Shown: positions 24,692 through 39,400 of the stretch, piece after piece
Layout: every line of letters starts with the position of its first letter
Position numbering within the stretch: position 1 is the stretch's first letter
Source of the DNA: Lepidodermella squamata
Lineage: Eukaryota; Animalia; Gastrotricha
Assembly: GCA_047495785.1 (NCBI GenBank)
Contig: JBLDXI010000059.1
Coordinates: forward strand, 62,001 to 126,000
DNA: 64,000 nucleotides
Direction of reading: 5' to 3'
The notes under the pieces: generated by a model
Databases searched by the model: none
What the model was told of the DNA's origin: nothing
What the model saw: only the letters and a program-made list of their open reading frames with translations
Position numbers and translations under genes: made by a program

Positions 24692-27355
24692 AAAACTGGA
24701 AATACATGAAAAGAAATTAGGATCTTCCATGCTTTATGACATATCTATTTATTTTCCGTGACTGCTGTTTATATAAATTTGTTAATGGCTTCTCTCTCGC
24801 TATCTCTCTATGGCGGTTGTCTCAAGACTGGACCAGGACAGGACATAACACCAGGCCGTGCTAGTTCTTGCCTGTCAAACGTGTTATCCATATGAAATTG
24901 GTGCATTGTTATTGTATGAAAATAACTTGATATCTAAACAGGTTGTAATTTGAAATTCGGCCTGTAAAAAGTATGAGGTGTCAAATTTTTTTGCTCATTC
25001 CACAATTGGTGTCACAATGTCGTTTCAGTCACTTGAAATTGTTACCGTAAATTATCTATATATTTCGTCCGGAGAGATGAATTTTAATTATACATGGCAA
25101 ATAACTGCAAAATCATTGAAAGCGATCTGTTAATGGGTACATGCCTATAAAATAAAAGAGTGAGGTAATCAGTTGTTTTCCTATTTTTCAATATGGAAAA
25201 GATTGTCTTAAATAATCAATTCTCACAGGAGCTTTCAATAACCGGGAGACATGACGTATGATCAATAAATCAGCACTAATGTGGGTGGTGAAAGGTGTTT
25301 TGATGAATGATAGGTTTGAGCACCTGGATGAATGAAGAGCGTAACAGGTCTCGGATCACACCTAATGAATCCTGACAGTTCTTGTCAACTGAAATTCGGA
25401 CCCGCAATCGGAAAAAAATCGCGACGATAAAAGGCGCGATCGATGCACCAAAAGTCGACGGCGCAGAAATTTATCCGCTGCATACACCTAGTATTCAGAG
25501 CAGCGGCGTTAGGGGCCTGTGAGTGTCTCTTGGTAGCTGCTGCTTCATTAGGACGAGAAAGTTTGCGGACAACAAATTCGCCTCAAGCATGAAAAATTTT
25601 GCATTTGTCAACTAACGCCAATCGTTATGTGCATCTGAGATTCGATTTATACAACTACCGAGGAATCGAACTGATGACGCGCCCGTTCGCCCCGTCATTA
25701 CGCCGGCGCGGCTGAAGAGGGGGCGCGCGAGCAGTAAATTGCTGGATATATTGGGCCCAATTTGGCGCCGCTCGTTCGCCGTCGCGGCGCACACGGTGAG
25801 GCGCGACGCCGCAACTTTTTGCGCCGCGATTCGATCAAGAGCGACAACATTGTAGTTGCAGCTAAAATGCGCAAATTACTTTAACCAGGTCTGTATCTAT
25901 CGCCGCCGTCGAGCGGAAAACAAATTCTCGCGGCCTGGGCTAGATTTTATTCGCGCAGCCAGCAATCGCGCAGTTTTCACTTTTTCGCATTGCTATCTAG
26001 TTATTCCCAAAATTTACGTAACAATATTTTACCCGCTGGTTTAAATTTTCACGCGTTTTATTTCATTTCATTTCGGAGCTGTAATACCAAGCGCATGCGA
26101 TTTGTAATGCAGTAACGCGCGGTTATTATGCAAATTTCTCTCTTCGAAATTAAGTTTTTTACAGACATGGCCTCGTATTTGCAGCAATTCAATTATTCTC
26201 AACACAATAATTAATTTTGGTTACAGCTAAAAAACTGAAGTGATTCATCTTGCGGTGGCGATTTCTAGAGCAGCCTGCTGTGACTCGATTGCGGTGCTTT
26301 GGCGGCAAGTTTAGCCAAGCGTTTCCGCCTTAATCTTCGGGATTCCGCCTCAAAAAGACGAACCGGTGCCTGCGGCCACAATTTTGATTCCTCATCATCA
26401 GTGGCAGCTAATTGGTGGTCATGTGGACAAATTTATTCCTGAAGTCGCGAGCTCGCGCGGACAGATGGGGGCAGTGGCGTTTGAGGACGGCGAGAGAGGT
26501 ATGCGGCCGCGATGATCGACTGGCGAGCGAGAAGCAGTAGCGAGGACACGATCAGCAGTGTGAGATGCGCACAGATGTCGGGCAAAGTCTCGCGCTATCT
26601 CTCGCGCGCGCGTCATCATCATCTTGTCGTAGCTGCTTATCTTCTTGTCCAAGACGCAGAAACATATGTTTTTGGCCGTGCGGGCGCGCGCGCAGTCACC
26701 CCGGTCGCTGAGCGACTGCACAGGACCTAATTAGCACTCATCCAAAGCCGTCGACGAGGGCTCCAATTAGTCAGCAGCAGCCACAACATCGAACGATGCG
26801 CATTATGCCGCGTGCCCGGTTCAATCGGGCATGATGGCAGCGGTCGTGCGACAGCGATCCGTGCCTCAACTACCGGGTATACATTCGCGCCACGCCGTGA
26901 CTTGTATATCTATCTGTGTCATCAGCATCGATCTGCGCTGTCATCGCCGCGCCTCCGATCGATCGGCCAATGAGCGTGCGCTGCGCCGACCAATCACAAG
27001 CCGGCGCTGCGCCGTCGTCGCACGCTGATTGGATTGCGCTTGCGCCGCAGTCGCTATCTGCTGCTTTCGTCGAAAATTCTTTTTTCTTCATTACCACTCG
27101 TCGCGTTTTCTGTGACGATGCAGATTAGATCAGGGCGGTGTCAACTTTCGCTATTGTTTTTTTAACAAAATCAAGCGCGCCGCCTTGATTTTATTCGGCT
27201 ATTAGCCTGCAGTGGGGGGCCATCACTTGACGACTGTTTTTTCAACGGGGCAAACGCAATTACTTAGCCTCCTTTTTACGGCTGCTAATGTCATCACCGA
27301 TCGGTAATTTGATTTCGGTGAATGAAACTTTGTGCGTCCCACTCGCCTTGTGCCG

Positions 27356-27366
27356 TAATGCCATTA
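27356..27366. promoter_or_regulatory. P3 palindrome (TAAT-N3-ATTA) upstream of the Prop gene
   Basis: TAATGCCATTA about 230 nt upstream of the ATG. Confidence 0.35.
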
Positions 27367-27596
27367 CCCGGCGGGCGCGTATCACTGTTACAGCCAGGCG
27401 TTCGTTATTAGATTCGTAAAAAACACCCGGCGTTAAACTGATTTGGCCGCCAATTCGATTAGCCACTCGCGGCTCTTATCCAGCAACAGCCAACAGTTTC
27501 GTTAATTACGTTATATCGCGGCGTGTTGTTTTTTATAGAGACGCCCAATTTTATTTGATTAATTACCGAGTTAGGGCTGTCACGCCGTTTTACAGC

Positions 27597-30522
27597 ATGG
27601 CAGACGTCAACGCCAGCCAGTCGGCCAACAGCACCAGCGCCGGCACCCCGAACAGCGGCGCCAACGCCGGCGGCACCGCCACGCCGAACAGCAACAACAA
27701 CGATGCGCCAACCTCGGGCTCCCAGCAACAGCAACAGCAACAACAACAGCAGACGGTCGGTAGTTTTTCCGCCCTGCTCGGCGACTTCGCCTCGGCAGCT
27801 TCAGCGGCGCAGAATGACCGCGGATCGTCGACGCCGGCCACGTCCGGCGCATCGACTGCGACGACTAACAAACTCTTCTGCTTCTCGTCACCAACTTCGT
27901 TTGACACAACAGGCCAGCAGCAACTCCTGCTACCCCCGCCTCTACATTACAACGGCGCTGGTTCAGGCCTGTCGTCATCTGATCTGCTTTTCATGGCGTC
28001 GGCCAACAATCAAGCAGCTTCTCGTACTAGCGCAGATTTTGCGTCAATGCTAATGCGCCCACCTCTCGGCCTGCCGCAGTCGCTCGATACCGGCTCGTCG
28101 AACCAACAACACCAGCAACAATCGTCGTCTTCAGGTGGCAATTCAGCGCGGAATTCGAGTCACTTCTCGTCCGGTGGTGATAACAACGCCTCGGCGTCTA
28201 GCAGTCACGGCAGTGCGTTCAAAAAGCTCAACTCGTCGAAGCACCACAACAGCAGCCTAGGCGGGTCGAGCAATCACCACCAGCAACACTCGTCTTCGAC
28301 GACCGGCTCGTCGTCGTCGAACACTGTTCGCGGTTCAGTGTCGACGGGTAGCAACACTTCGTCGCAAACACCGGCGCGACGGCGCCATCGCACGACGTTC
28401 ACGCAGGAGCAGTTGGCAGAGCTCGAGACTGCCTTCCAAAAATCGCATTACCCAGATATTTATTGCAGAGAGGTCAGTCAACTTGCATTTACTAACCATT
28501 CCTAAAACAATTTACTCTCATCCACCGCCCTGGGAATTAAATTTTTTCTAGATTTTCTATTGGTTATTCGAATATTGGAATAAGAATTAAGTAGAAATTA
28601 TCCTATTTACGAGGATCAGTTCAGGAACAGGGTAATGTCCCAACTTCAAATCTCTTCGCTCATCATTTTTCTGCGCCGATTACTGCTTTTTTTATCTCCG
28701 AGAAAATCTATCACTTTTTAAATCTAATCACTCTGACTATCAACTTTTCGAGGGTCACGGACGCGAAAATTAAGGCTTTTTGCTAGGAATTTTTGTGTTC
28801 ACTTTTATGAACTATTTCCCCGAAGCTGCGAACTAATGTTTTTTGTTCATATTTCAGGAATTGGCACGGATCACTAAACTCAACGAAGCTAGAATCCAGG
28901 TACGTCGCTGACACACGTTTACTTTCAGAAAAATATAGCGCAAAATGGAGACATGACTTGTGATGGCTGAAGGCTGACGGCTGAGACGCATGTCCCGGTC
29001 TGGTGTTGTATCCACCTACTCTCATATTGCTGTCGTGTATGTTTTTGCGCCGAGAGATCAGACTGTGGCCAACGCCGTCGCTCGCAATTAGACTTGCGTG
29101 TTGTTATTTTTCATTATTCATAACTGCTTGTTGCAGCGATGCTTGCGACGATGAGCCTAAAAAAAGTAGTTGGGCCGCTGCTGACTAGCTCGGCGCTAAT
29201 TCAGCGTCGTTTGCGATTGCCGTCACAGGCAGCTCAGCTCAGCATAGGCTGCGTCTCGGGCGCCGAGGCGTTGGCGGGCGCTCATGATCGCTGCATTCGC
29301 AAAGAGCGCACGCGCATTGGTCGATGCCGCGCCGTAATTGAATTACCCGAACGCCTCAATTAGTAGACAAACCGAATGCGCACGCCGCCGATGCGCCTCA
29401 CTGCTTGTCCCCCAACCGTCGGCTTCACTTTGCTGGCGACGGCGTTTCTTGCCCGTCGCCAACAGCGGCGCGCGCGACGAAGCCCCGGTCGTCGCGACAG
29501 CGCAGCACACAGACAAGGACCCACTGTCTTATCATTACTGAATAGTTCATTGCGTCTGCAATCGATATATTCTAGCGAGCAAGAAATTTGTCCTTGATGA
29601 CTGAGAGAATGATCAATTGTCACCTATGGTACCTAATTTTTTAAGGATTACGTCATTGATGAGAAAGACACTTGAAACTAACGAGTTCACCGTGCATTAT
29701 CTACGGTGAATTTCACTCAGCAATCATATTCGGGTTCCATGTCGATTGGCAATGAACCAAAAACACACCTGCGCAAAAATTCCATTATAATTAAAATCGA
29801 AATTTATCCGAAAATGTGAAACAAAGGTCTCAATAGCGCTATTACTATTTGATTTGTAGGTGTGGTTTCAAAACCGGCGTGCCAAGTTCCGGAAGCAGGA
29901 GAAGCAGTTAGCGAAGCAGATGAACCCGTCGTTCGCCGCAGCAGCCGCCGCCGCGGCAGCAGCTTGTGGCGGGAATAACGCGCTGGGTCGCGGTATCGGT
30001 GTCATGCCACTCGCCGCTGCTATGGCGGCTTCAAGTCGGCCGTACCAGTCTGCCTCGTCGACCGGCAACGCCCAATCGTCTGCCATGTCGCAATCCTCGA
30101 ACCTCTACGGCCAGTCGGCGCAAATGGGCGGCAACTGCGGCCAAAACTCGGCTGTCGCCGCCGCTGCTGCCCTTTCTCGCTACGGCCAGCCGTCGTCACT
30201 GTACCAACACCAAATGGGCGGCATGTCGTCACCACCGCCGACGCCACAGCTCGGCAGCGTGATGTCACGCTCGATGCAGCAGTACGCGACCGGGTCGAGC
30301 AGTGGCGGCCAAATGGGCTCGAATGGCATGTCGATGCAGAGCGGCGGTGGCGGGGGCGGATCTGACGGCTACAGCGGGCTCGGGGGCGTTTCGGCCGTCG
30401 ACATCATGCGCGACATTCAGGCAGCAGCCGAGGACGATTGGTACCGAACGTTCCGACCGTTCGGTGTCTCTGGTGCCGCCTCGGCTCACACTGCTGGCCT
30501 GACGATGCCGTACCAGTCCTAA
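27597..30522 (+). CDS. PROP1: PRD-class (Q50) homeobox transcription factor, Prop/PROP1/unc-42 family; exons 27597-28472, 28858-28899, 29860-30522
   Basis: The spliced homeodomain RRRHRTTFTQEQLAELETAFQKSHYPDIYCRE|ELARITKLNEARIQ|VWFQNRRAKFRKQEKQL closely matches protostome Prop homeodomains. Flanked by Q/S/A-rich low-complexity regions. Confidence 0.88.
29335..29345. promoter_or_regulatory. P3 palindrome TAATTGAATTA in Prop intron 2
   Basis: Matches the canonical Q50 paired-class homeodomain dimer site and lies in a CpG-rich intronic block. Confidence 0.4.
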
Positions 30523-31563
30523 TTTTAGAATCATGCATATCCATACTCGTCGATGATTCATCCTCAATTTTTATAGAGCCTTTCGATGATTCCTATGATC
30601 TTGTCTCTTTTTTATTGTTTCTAGTCCAGCCCAGAGTTATTAGCGCTGGCTGCCTATGCCAGCGGGATGTTGTGCAATCATCGTTTTGTACTGTACAAAA
30701 GAAGAAACAAACACCATCGATCTCTCAATATTCGAGAAGACAATTCTTATAAATCGCTGAATTTTATGGTATCCTATATTTCCTTACTAGCTCTTGTGAA
30801 ATTGTATTCTCTACGTATAATCATAAATGTGCCTGTTAGAAGAATGTAAAGGAAAGGTATAGATATTTATAATACATCAAATGTTTATTACGAACGCGAC
30901 AGAAATTAAATTATGAAATAACCATGTGAAAATAATTGAACCACCTCCTTTTTTTATTGCAAATTTCTTAGTGAACTACATGTAGTCATGACTTTATTTA
31001 CCTGTGTTTCGTGGATTTTCGTTACATTTCACTTGATTTCTTTACATAATGACGTTGTTTTATTTGGTGTCTACAATATTGAAAGAATGAGAGTTTCCAT
31101 GAATTTTTTAATGAACGAATAAAACCGCGAATCGAATTTTCGTGTTTTGCCAAACATTTTACGGTAACATTAAAATGGAATGGTAACCCAGGCCAAAGCA
31201 ATGTCTGGTGTCTGGGCTTATTTTCATTAAAGCTGCGCGAATATTTTTTCAAAATATTGATGGCCTCGCCGTCTGCTGCGCGAGAAAATAATAAATCGCA
31301 ATCGGATGCGGGGCGGCGTTTGAAGTTTATTTTTACAGCGCACAAGTAGTCGGCGCTAATAGGTAGCTCGCTATACTTGGTCGCAATCCAAGTAAGAAAT
31401 TGATGCAATTTTAATGAGCACATCTCCCATATAAGAACTTGAGATATTCTAAAAAATGCATGAGGATATAGCGACGAGAGCTGATTGCACCTTATCCGTC
31501 TCAATTCAGCATTTTGCTTCCGCTGGGTTTAATTAATCCAACTTCCTGCTGTTTTCGATCGGT

Positions 31564-34500
31564 ATGGCCAACGTCGACTTGCTTGGCAGGGTTTCCGGGC
31601 ATGGATTTATAGAAAAAGAAGGCATCAGCAACAAGACTAACGACGACTCGGCGGCGATAATGAGCAGCAATTACACGGCCATCAGGAGTGTAGTTCCGGA
31701 AAGCAGCGCCAAAATTCCGGCCGCTTCAACGACTGGCTACTATGACGATGTCGATGACGAAGAACTTGTCGCTCAGATCGTCGAAATGATTGAGAAAAAT
31801 CGAAAACGCGAATTCGCTCAGCTAACTATGGAAATAAGCAAGCGACGGCTAATGCGATTACTTAAACGCCCAGTTAATCGCGACTATCGTATAAACACCC
31901 TAGTGCCAGGCGGCGGGAAACAAAAGGTTAGTCCATTAATTATTATATAAAACTATTAATCGCTTCCGGGTGATTGTAGAATAAAAACTCGAGCCCGAAT
32001 AACGATGACGAAGTCACTACTGTTGCCTCGAATAAACCTCACCGCCGCCGAGGTTCGAAGGCTTCGATCGATACCGAGTCGAGCAACGCGGATCAGGACT
32101 TGTGGTGGACGTCGTTGCACCTGATGGCGAAGAACAACCGTGCGGAGATGGTAGCAGCAGCTGCTGAATCAATCGAAGAATTCCTGATTTCGATGAGTGG
32201 CAGCGATAACTGGGCTGACGTGTTCGGTCAAACGCCGTTACATGTCGCATGCATTAAAGGACACGTAGCAGTTTGCCGCATGCTTTGTCGCCAGGCAGCT
32301 GCTGTTTTAGCTGGCAAAGGCAAAGGGATCGTACAGCCTGAAATACTGAACTCGCCTGACAAGCTTGGTTGTACACCCTTGCATTATTGCGCCCTTGTTC
32401 AAAACAGAAGTGAGTTTCGAGCTCGATTTCAATCAAATAACCTTTAACCTGGAATCCTTCTCAATTTTTCAAGGTCAAGCTGAGGAACTTGCCAAGTTGT
32501 TGTTGACCCATGGATGTGATCCAAACATTCAAGATATTGATGGTTTCACGCCTCTGGCGCTATGCGCCAATCGTGGCAGCATGGAACTAACCAGCGTTCT
32601 TATAGCTCACGGGGCTAGTCCCAATGTACAGAGCAATGAAGATGGTTAGTTTTTCTCAACCTCGAACATGAGTAAACGTCTTCCGTTATATGCAGGATGG
32701 ACGCCGTTGATGTTGGCAGTTTACAATGGAAATAACAAGTTGGCTTGTGGTTTGCTGAATCCGCAACTGCTACCGAACATGAACGACAGCGCAGCTCGAG
32801 CAGCCGCCATCAACGCTAACCCAGCTCTTCAGAACAAACTCGGCGCAACCGCTTTGATAATAGCAGCGCAGTGTGGCAAGGTTGACATAATCACAGATCT
32901 ATTCGCGGTATCCAAGCTCGCCCTTGCCTCGATAAATATTCGCGATGTTTCAGGCCGAACAGCGATCGCCGCTGCGGCTTTCAAAGGCCATGCGCAGGTC
33001 GTAGGGGTATTACTAGAAAAACGAGCCGATGCAAACTTGGGTGATAACGAAGGCGCCACTCCGTTGATGTTGGCGGTCAAGAACGGCCATAAACCGGTCG
33101 TTGATTTGCTACTACAGGGTGGCTGCAACGTATCGCTCGCTGATGAGAACGGCTATACGGCGCTGATGGTCGCGGCGCTTGTCGGTAGCGTTGACATGGT
33201 TCGAGCTATCCTGTCTGCTGCCAGTACGACCCCAGGTACAATGGTTCACCTGGTTAACGCCCAGATGAAGGACGGCACAACAGCTCTGATGATTGCTTCG
33301 ACCATGGGCAATGAAAAAGTTGTGGAAACCTTGTCCTCAGCCCTTGCTGCGCTTGAGCCTTCGCGTCCAATCGACGATTGGACTGCTCTGTAAGTTTGGC
33401 GGGACATGTATGAAAGGCTTTATCCCGTTCTGAATAGGTACCACGGGATATATTTTGAGAAGGTCAAGCTCGTAAAATCGCTGTTAGCGAGGCAGCCAGC
33501 CGTGACTGGAGCCATATCACCAGGAACACTGACGAACAAAGTTCTTACCGAAGTTAATCGTCACTGTGAAGAATCGAAACTAACGCCGCTACTTCTGTCA
33601 TGTATCCTTGGTAACGCTCATATGGCTCGAATTTTGATCGAAAACGGTGCTAACCCGAACGCGGCTGATGCTACTGTAAGGTTTTCATCAGCAGTTTTGA
33701 TCTTGGTTAAAATCTTGTTTCGCATAGAATTTCACACCGCTTATGGCCGCGGCACAAGTTGGGGAGGACAGATTGGTTAGTCTTCTCATTTCAAAAGGCG
33801 CCAAGGTCGATGCGCAGGTAATTTAAAATGCCTCCAAGCTGGATCAGTTCAATTCAAATTTCAATGTAATAATAGGAGAAGGATTACTACACCCCATTGA
33901 TGATCGCGGCACTGTTCGGGCACTCAAGAGTTTGTGACACTTTACTGGCAGCTGGAGCTTCAGTGAGAATTACCTTCAATTCATTAGAATAAAATGCTTT
34001 AATTCGAAATTTTTCAACAGTCTGATATGCAGCAAATTAATGGCCGAACAGCTCTCATGCTCGCTGCAACTAAAGGCTTATCTGACGTCGTTCGAGTCAT
34101 CGTGAAACGTGGCTGTGATGTGACCGTCGCAGATGTATTCCATCGAACGGCCCTGCATTACGGGGTCCTAGGCGGCAATGAGAAAGTAATGTCTTATCTG
34201 TGCGACGCGCATGGCGCCGATCCCAACGTTCAAGACCGAGACGGGGTCACGCCTCTTATGATGGCCGCCAGCAATCCTCGCGACCTTAGCGAAGTGACTG
34301 CGATATCCAGTAAACAAAGCAGTAAAACAAATAATAGTTCGCAGAAATCATTCGGAGGACCACCGCCAGAGATTTTGCATATTATTCCCCTGCTTCGGAT
34401 GAGTTCAATCAACTTGGATATTCGCGACAATGACGGGGAAACAGCCCTTATTCGAGTAATCTCCCACGAATCTAAAAAATTACTATTATTTTACGATATT

Positions 34501-35806
34501 TTTAAAAAGGCGTATCGAATTCAAAACTGGCCGTGTGCCGAAGCGCTCCTCCGAGCTGGAGCAGCTGCCTCAATGCCAGCTACATCCGACGGCTATCCTC
34601 CGCTTCTGATTGCTTCAATCAATGGCTATATCCAAGGAGTTAAGCTCATCAAACACTTGGCGCCGAGAACAGTAAACGTGGTCGATAGTTTCGGTAGAAC
34701 AGCCCTGTTTCACGCTGTGGCTAACGGTTAGTGAACTTCGTAAATTCTTCGTTTAATCCCGAAATCTCGCTCAAATTTCAGATCAACTCGATGCAGTTAA
34801 TTTACTGCTCGCAGAGCCAGCTCCAGTTAACATTGCACAAGCGCCATCGCGATCTCGATGCGCAACTCCGACCGCGAGTACAACACCTAGTGGTGAGAAA
34901 ATATGGTATTTCGGGATGACACCTCTGCATGTAGCGGCGAGGCGAGGCAACATCGAGATGTCAATGCGGCTACTTGAAGCCGGCGCCAGCCTTAGCGCAG
35001 TGAACGAGAAACGCGAAACCCCTCTGATGATCGCTTCGTCGACTGGCTGTTGGGATCTTGTTGAACTATTTCTAGCCAACGGCGCCAACATTTCAGCGCG
35101 TGATTCATCCGGGCAAACAGTTCTACACCGCCTGTGCTACATTGGCGATGAAAGTGAAGCCTGTCGAGGTTTCAGGCTGTATGTCAAGCACCGTGGTGTT
35201 GCCGCTCTCGACACGGTTGTTGACTCGCCTGCCGAAAACACGGCGCTCCACTGGGCCGTGATTTGCGATCAGCCCGAGGTAGTGAATGAACTGGTTATTC
35301 TTGGCGTGAACAAAGAGAGCAAGAACAAAGACGGGAAGACGCCGTTTGAAATGGTGGCTCACGCGCCTACGCTGTTTGAATCACTAGGCGAGGCAATCGG
35401 TCCACTTTGGCGCAAAATGGCCTTTCACGTTAGGAAATCAGGTTCCGGGAGCAATCGAAGCACCCCCCGAACCCCCAACACCCCTATCTACGAGCTTGTT
35501 TTCACTGATGAAGAAATCGCTGAAATTGAGTCGCTATTTGAAATAACCGAAAATTACGAGCAGCAGTGCGCCGCGGCATTCGTGGAGAAATTCTATGAGA
35601 AAAATGACGATAACAGCTCTTTGGACGTGAATGCTCTCGCGGCGGCGTACCGCAAATCAGTAGGACAGCCGTCTACGAGTGACCTACCACCCGTTTTGTA
35701 CAATCTGCTCGTCAGCTGCCAGGATAAAACGCTGATTTTCCGAAAAGCAACCATCGAAAATTTGACCAAGTTCCGAAGCAAGTCATCACTGGGCAATCTT
35801 TACTGA
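31564..35806 (+). CDS. Large multi-exon ankyrin-repeat protein (roughly 20+ repeats) with non-ankyrin N- and C-terminal regions
   Basis: Repeated G-x-TPLH/TALM-x-A...GA-x-x-N motifs across ORFs 32100-35350, linked by ~50-nt GT-AG introns. Stop at 35806. Start codon uncertain. Confidence 0.85.
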
Positions 35807-36420
35807 ATATTTTATTGTGTCAAAAACAATGTATATCGACGATCATGAGTGTATTCAATATGAAGCAGTGAATAACAGTAAAACTCGAATCAAATTAAGA
35901 GTCTTCGATGTAGACTATAGCATTGCAAAGCTTTTCAGCCTACAGGCATCCAAGGTCTCACAATGTTATTTATGTTTTTCTCTTCAGAATGGCAACGATT
36001 AACATTAAGGGCGGCACGGGGTTATCAGAGGGCGGCACTTCGAGCGAGGTAGGAGGCTCCCGAAGATTCTGCTGTTTCGTCGCCGAGGGTTTGGATTTTA
36101 TCACGCACTCGAGTGCATACACGCGAGAAGCAAGTGGGAGGCAAGGTACCGGGGTCAGGCATTATTTTATTTTCTAATTTAGCATAAATGACTTGGATGA
36201 ATAGTATTGCATGGTGTCATTTACTGAAAAGGATGATACGCGGAATGCGCTCAAAGGATTTTTTTTCAATTTTCCTTTGTTTTATTAGAAAAATCCGTTC
36301 ACATGTTGTTAAATGCCAGCCCGAGGGCACCGAGCATTATATAATGTTAGTTAGTATCACGGTTATGAAACGGTAAGATAGCACTAGAGTTAACATTTTC
36401 ATCATTTCCATCATTTATCA

Positions 36421-39400
36421 TCAGTTATTATTATTCGGCAAGGCGGGATAGGCCCGATTTTTATAGTCATTTCTCCATTTAAGAATTAATTTGAGCAAAG
36501 TCGCTAGATTGACGCTATTCGGGCTTTCACAGTTACACAGGGCATTCAAGAGTACAGTTTTATCGAAATCAGATTTTTTTCTATAATTATATGTACAATT
36601 GATTGTAGCAGCGCAGTCAAAGATTAGATGAGTTAGAAGGTTTACAGATTGAAGCGTTTCCTGTTCGCAAAAAATGCATTTCATTTCACCTAAGACATAT
36701 TGGAAAGGCTTAAATATAGAATTTGTACGAATTTTGGCCAAGGTTTGTGCCTCCGTGATATCAAAAACGTCAAAATATTCTATCCATCTCGAGAGTCGCT
36801 GTTCGATAAATAAATTTTGATTAGTGTAGAAGGAGTTCAATTTTTCGAAAATGTTTGATTTGTCTCTGTCGATCAGGTAGGTTTTATAGTTCTCAATCAA
36901 CTCGGGAACTAGGTAACTCGGGGCATCGAATATATGATCGAAATTGTCTTTGGCGGTTTCGTCCCGGAGGTTTTTGTAGATGTGGCGGCACAGCGTGTTA
37001 TTATTTTCGAGTATGGTAAATGTTTCTTGTAGTAGGATGTTATTTTTACGAAATTTGAGGGAAAAATAGTATTTTAAGGCTGCTATGAGCAGTGTTATTT
37101 TAGGGGGTTCGATGTAAAATTCGCGAGCTACGAGCTCGTTTCTAGCACTTTTAGGTAGGTTTAGGACGGTTTTTGCAAATAAAATGTTCAGTAGCGGCAT
37201 CGAATTTCGGAGTTTGAAGCCCCAAATACCGGCCCCGTACGTCATGTGGCTAATAGAATATGAATTGTACAGCGTGCGGAAAGTATTAGAAGGAAAATAA
37301 TTTTTATATGGTCTAAGTGTGTCAGGCAGTTGTGAAATTATTCGCCTAACTTTAGCCTGGGCTGTCTCCGAGCAGCGTTTAAAATTTAGATTATGGGTCA
37401 GGATGATTCCAAGATATTTGAATTCAGAAACTTGCTCTATCTTTTTGTTGTAAATTTTGAACTCGAAATCAGCTGGTTTATAATTGCTGCCCCGATGAAA
37501 CACCATGACCTTGGTTTTTTCGACGTTAATTTTTAGGTTGTTTCGAACTGCAAAATTTTCTAGGATGTCTAGTAGTTTTTGAAGTTCTTGTGGTGATTTT
37601 GCAAGCAGAACTAGGTCGTCTGCGTATAGTAGGCAGATCACATACAACGAGAATAGTGTTAAACCTGGTGATGCTTCAAGTAATTCTGGAATTAGGTCAT
37701 CGATAAAAAGGCAAAATAGAAGTGGCGAGAGCGGGTCTCCTTGCCGTACTCCCGTATTATTCTCTATAATGTTATCATGAATTAGTTTGTTTTTGTATCG
37801 TAATAATAGTGAGTTATCGGTATACATTTCGTCTATAATTCGTCTGAAGCGGGGGGACGTGCCACGTCTGTCCAGTTTTTTTAGTAATAATGGCCTGTTT
37901 ATGGTATCGAATGCACTTGAGAAATCTATAAAGGCTGCGCATGGCTTTTTGTCTATGTGTTTGGCTAGAACAGTGTATAAAACAGTAGTGCCATCGGTTG
38001 CTGATAGGTCTTCTTGGAAGCCAAATTGTGATGGGTTCAGATTTCGATCTTCACTCGCGAGTAACCATTTCCTAAGGCGTTTGTCTAGTAGAGATGAGAA
38101 TAGCTTACAAAATACTGACAGCAGTGTAATAGGACGGTAATTTTTTGGGTCATTTTTGTCATTTTTTTTGTGAATAGGCAGTAGAATGGCGCGTTTCCAA
38201 GTTTTCGGGTAGACTCCGCTGTTATATATAGTGGTGTATAGTTTCGCTAGAAACGGGTAAAGCCACGTTTCACACTCTGCCATCTTAAGGCATCTGTAAT
38301 CTACGAGATCAATGCCAGGTGCTGAGTTTGGATTTGCAGCTTCTATACAAGCTTTAATCTCGGCAACTTCGAACGGTGCGTCGAGAATCGGGTCTTTCGC
38401 TTGCGTCGAGATCGATGCTATGTAGTCATTTTTCGGGCTATTTTCGTTGTTTTTATCGTAAAACACCTCTTTGAAGAAAGCTATCAAGTCCTCGCTCGAA
38501 GGCATTTCTACATACTCCTCATTTTTCAAATATTTGGCTAATTGCTTACGAAGTTCCCAAAAATCGATCGGTGTTTCGCTGAGTAGTTGTAAAAATTTAT
38601 CTGTTTTTTCCCATTCTTGCCTTTCTCTTTGGGCTTTTTTCTCTTCTAGCAGCGCTCTATACTCCTTTTCGATCTTTTTCCTAATCTCGCGGAAATTCAA
38701 GCATTTGGGGTGATGGCGCTCGTGATTTTTGGCTGTGCGCAGTTCGTGCCTTTTCTTTCGGCATTCTTCATCAAAAAACTGCGTGTCGTTTTCGATTCGA
38801 GTTCTTACGTTATAGGTTTTAACGTAGGTCGCCTGGTTGATTAGAAAGTATAGGTCTTCGCATAAGTTCTCAGTCGTATCAGATGTTTCATAGCAATTCC
38901 CTCTGCGGATGGCAAGGTCGTTTTGGCATAAACTGGCAAATAATTTCTTATTAAGGCATAAGCGGTTCATGGGTTTCGGCTTTTCAAAGGAGCCATCTTC
39001 GAACACCTCGCAGCAGAGATTTGTTTCTATGGCGAAGTGATCTGAAAGGTCTACGTTCGTGTTTACTTTGAAGTCGACTATTTTTTCCACCGAACTTACA
39101 CTGGCTAGGGCGTAGTCGATGACCGAGCCTCCTGTTTTGCTATTTTTGTTCGGTTTTCTGGTGAAATGGCCTATTTTATCGGAGGCTGAGCGTCCGTTCA
39201 ATACGAATAAGTCCAATGAGTCGATAAAATCCAAAAAGTCGGTGGAGTTGGGTGTTATCGTGGGATCCTGGCTATTCCTGGTTTGCCAGGACTCTGGAAG
39301 CGACGAGTCGAGTAGAGAGTCGTTGTCTAGAGTTCCTATTCGCGAGTTGAAATCGCCCATGACCAGAATTTCACAGGGTTTATATTTTTCCATTTCTTTT

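Noticed and set aside
31022-31504. 160-aa minus-strand ORF between Prop and the ankyrin gene
   Set aside because: Non-ATG start, composition typical of AT-rich non-coding DNA, and no motif or exon structure.
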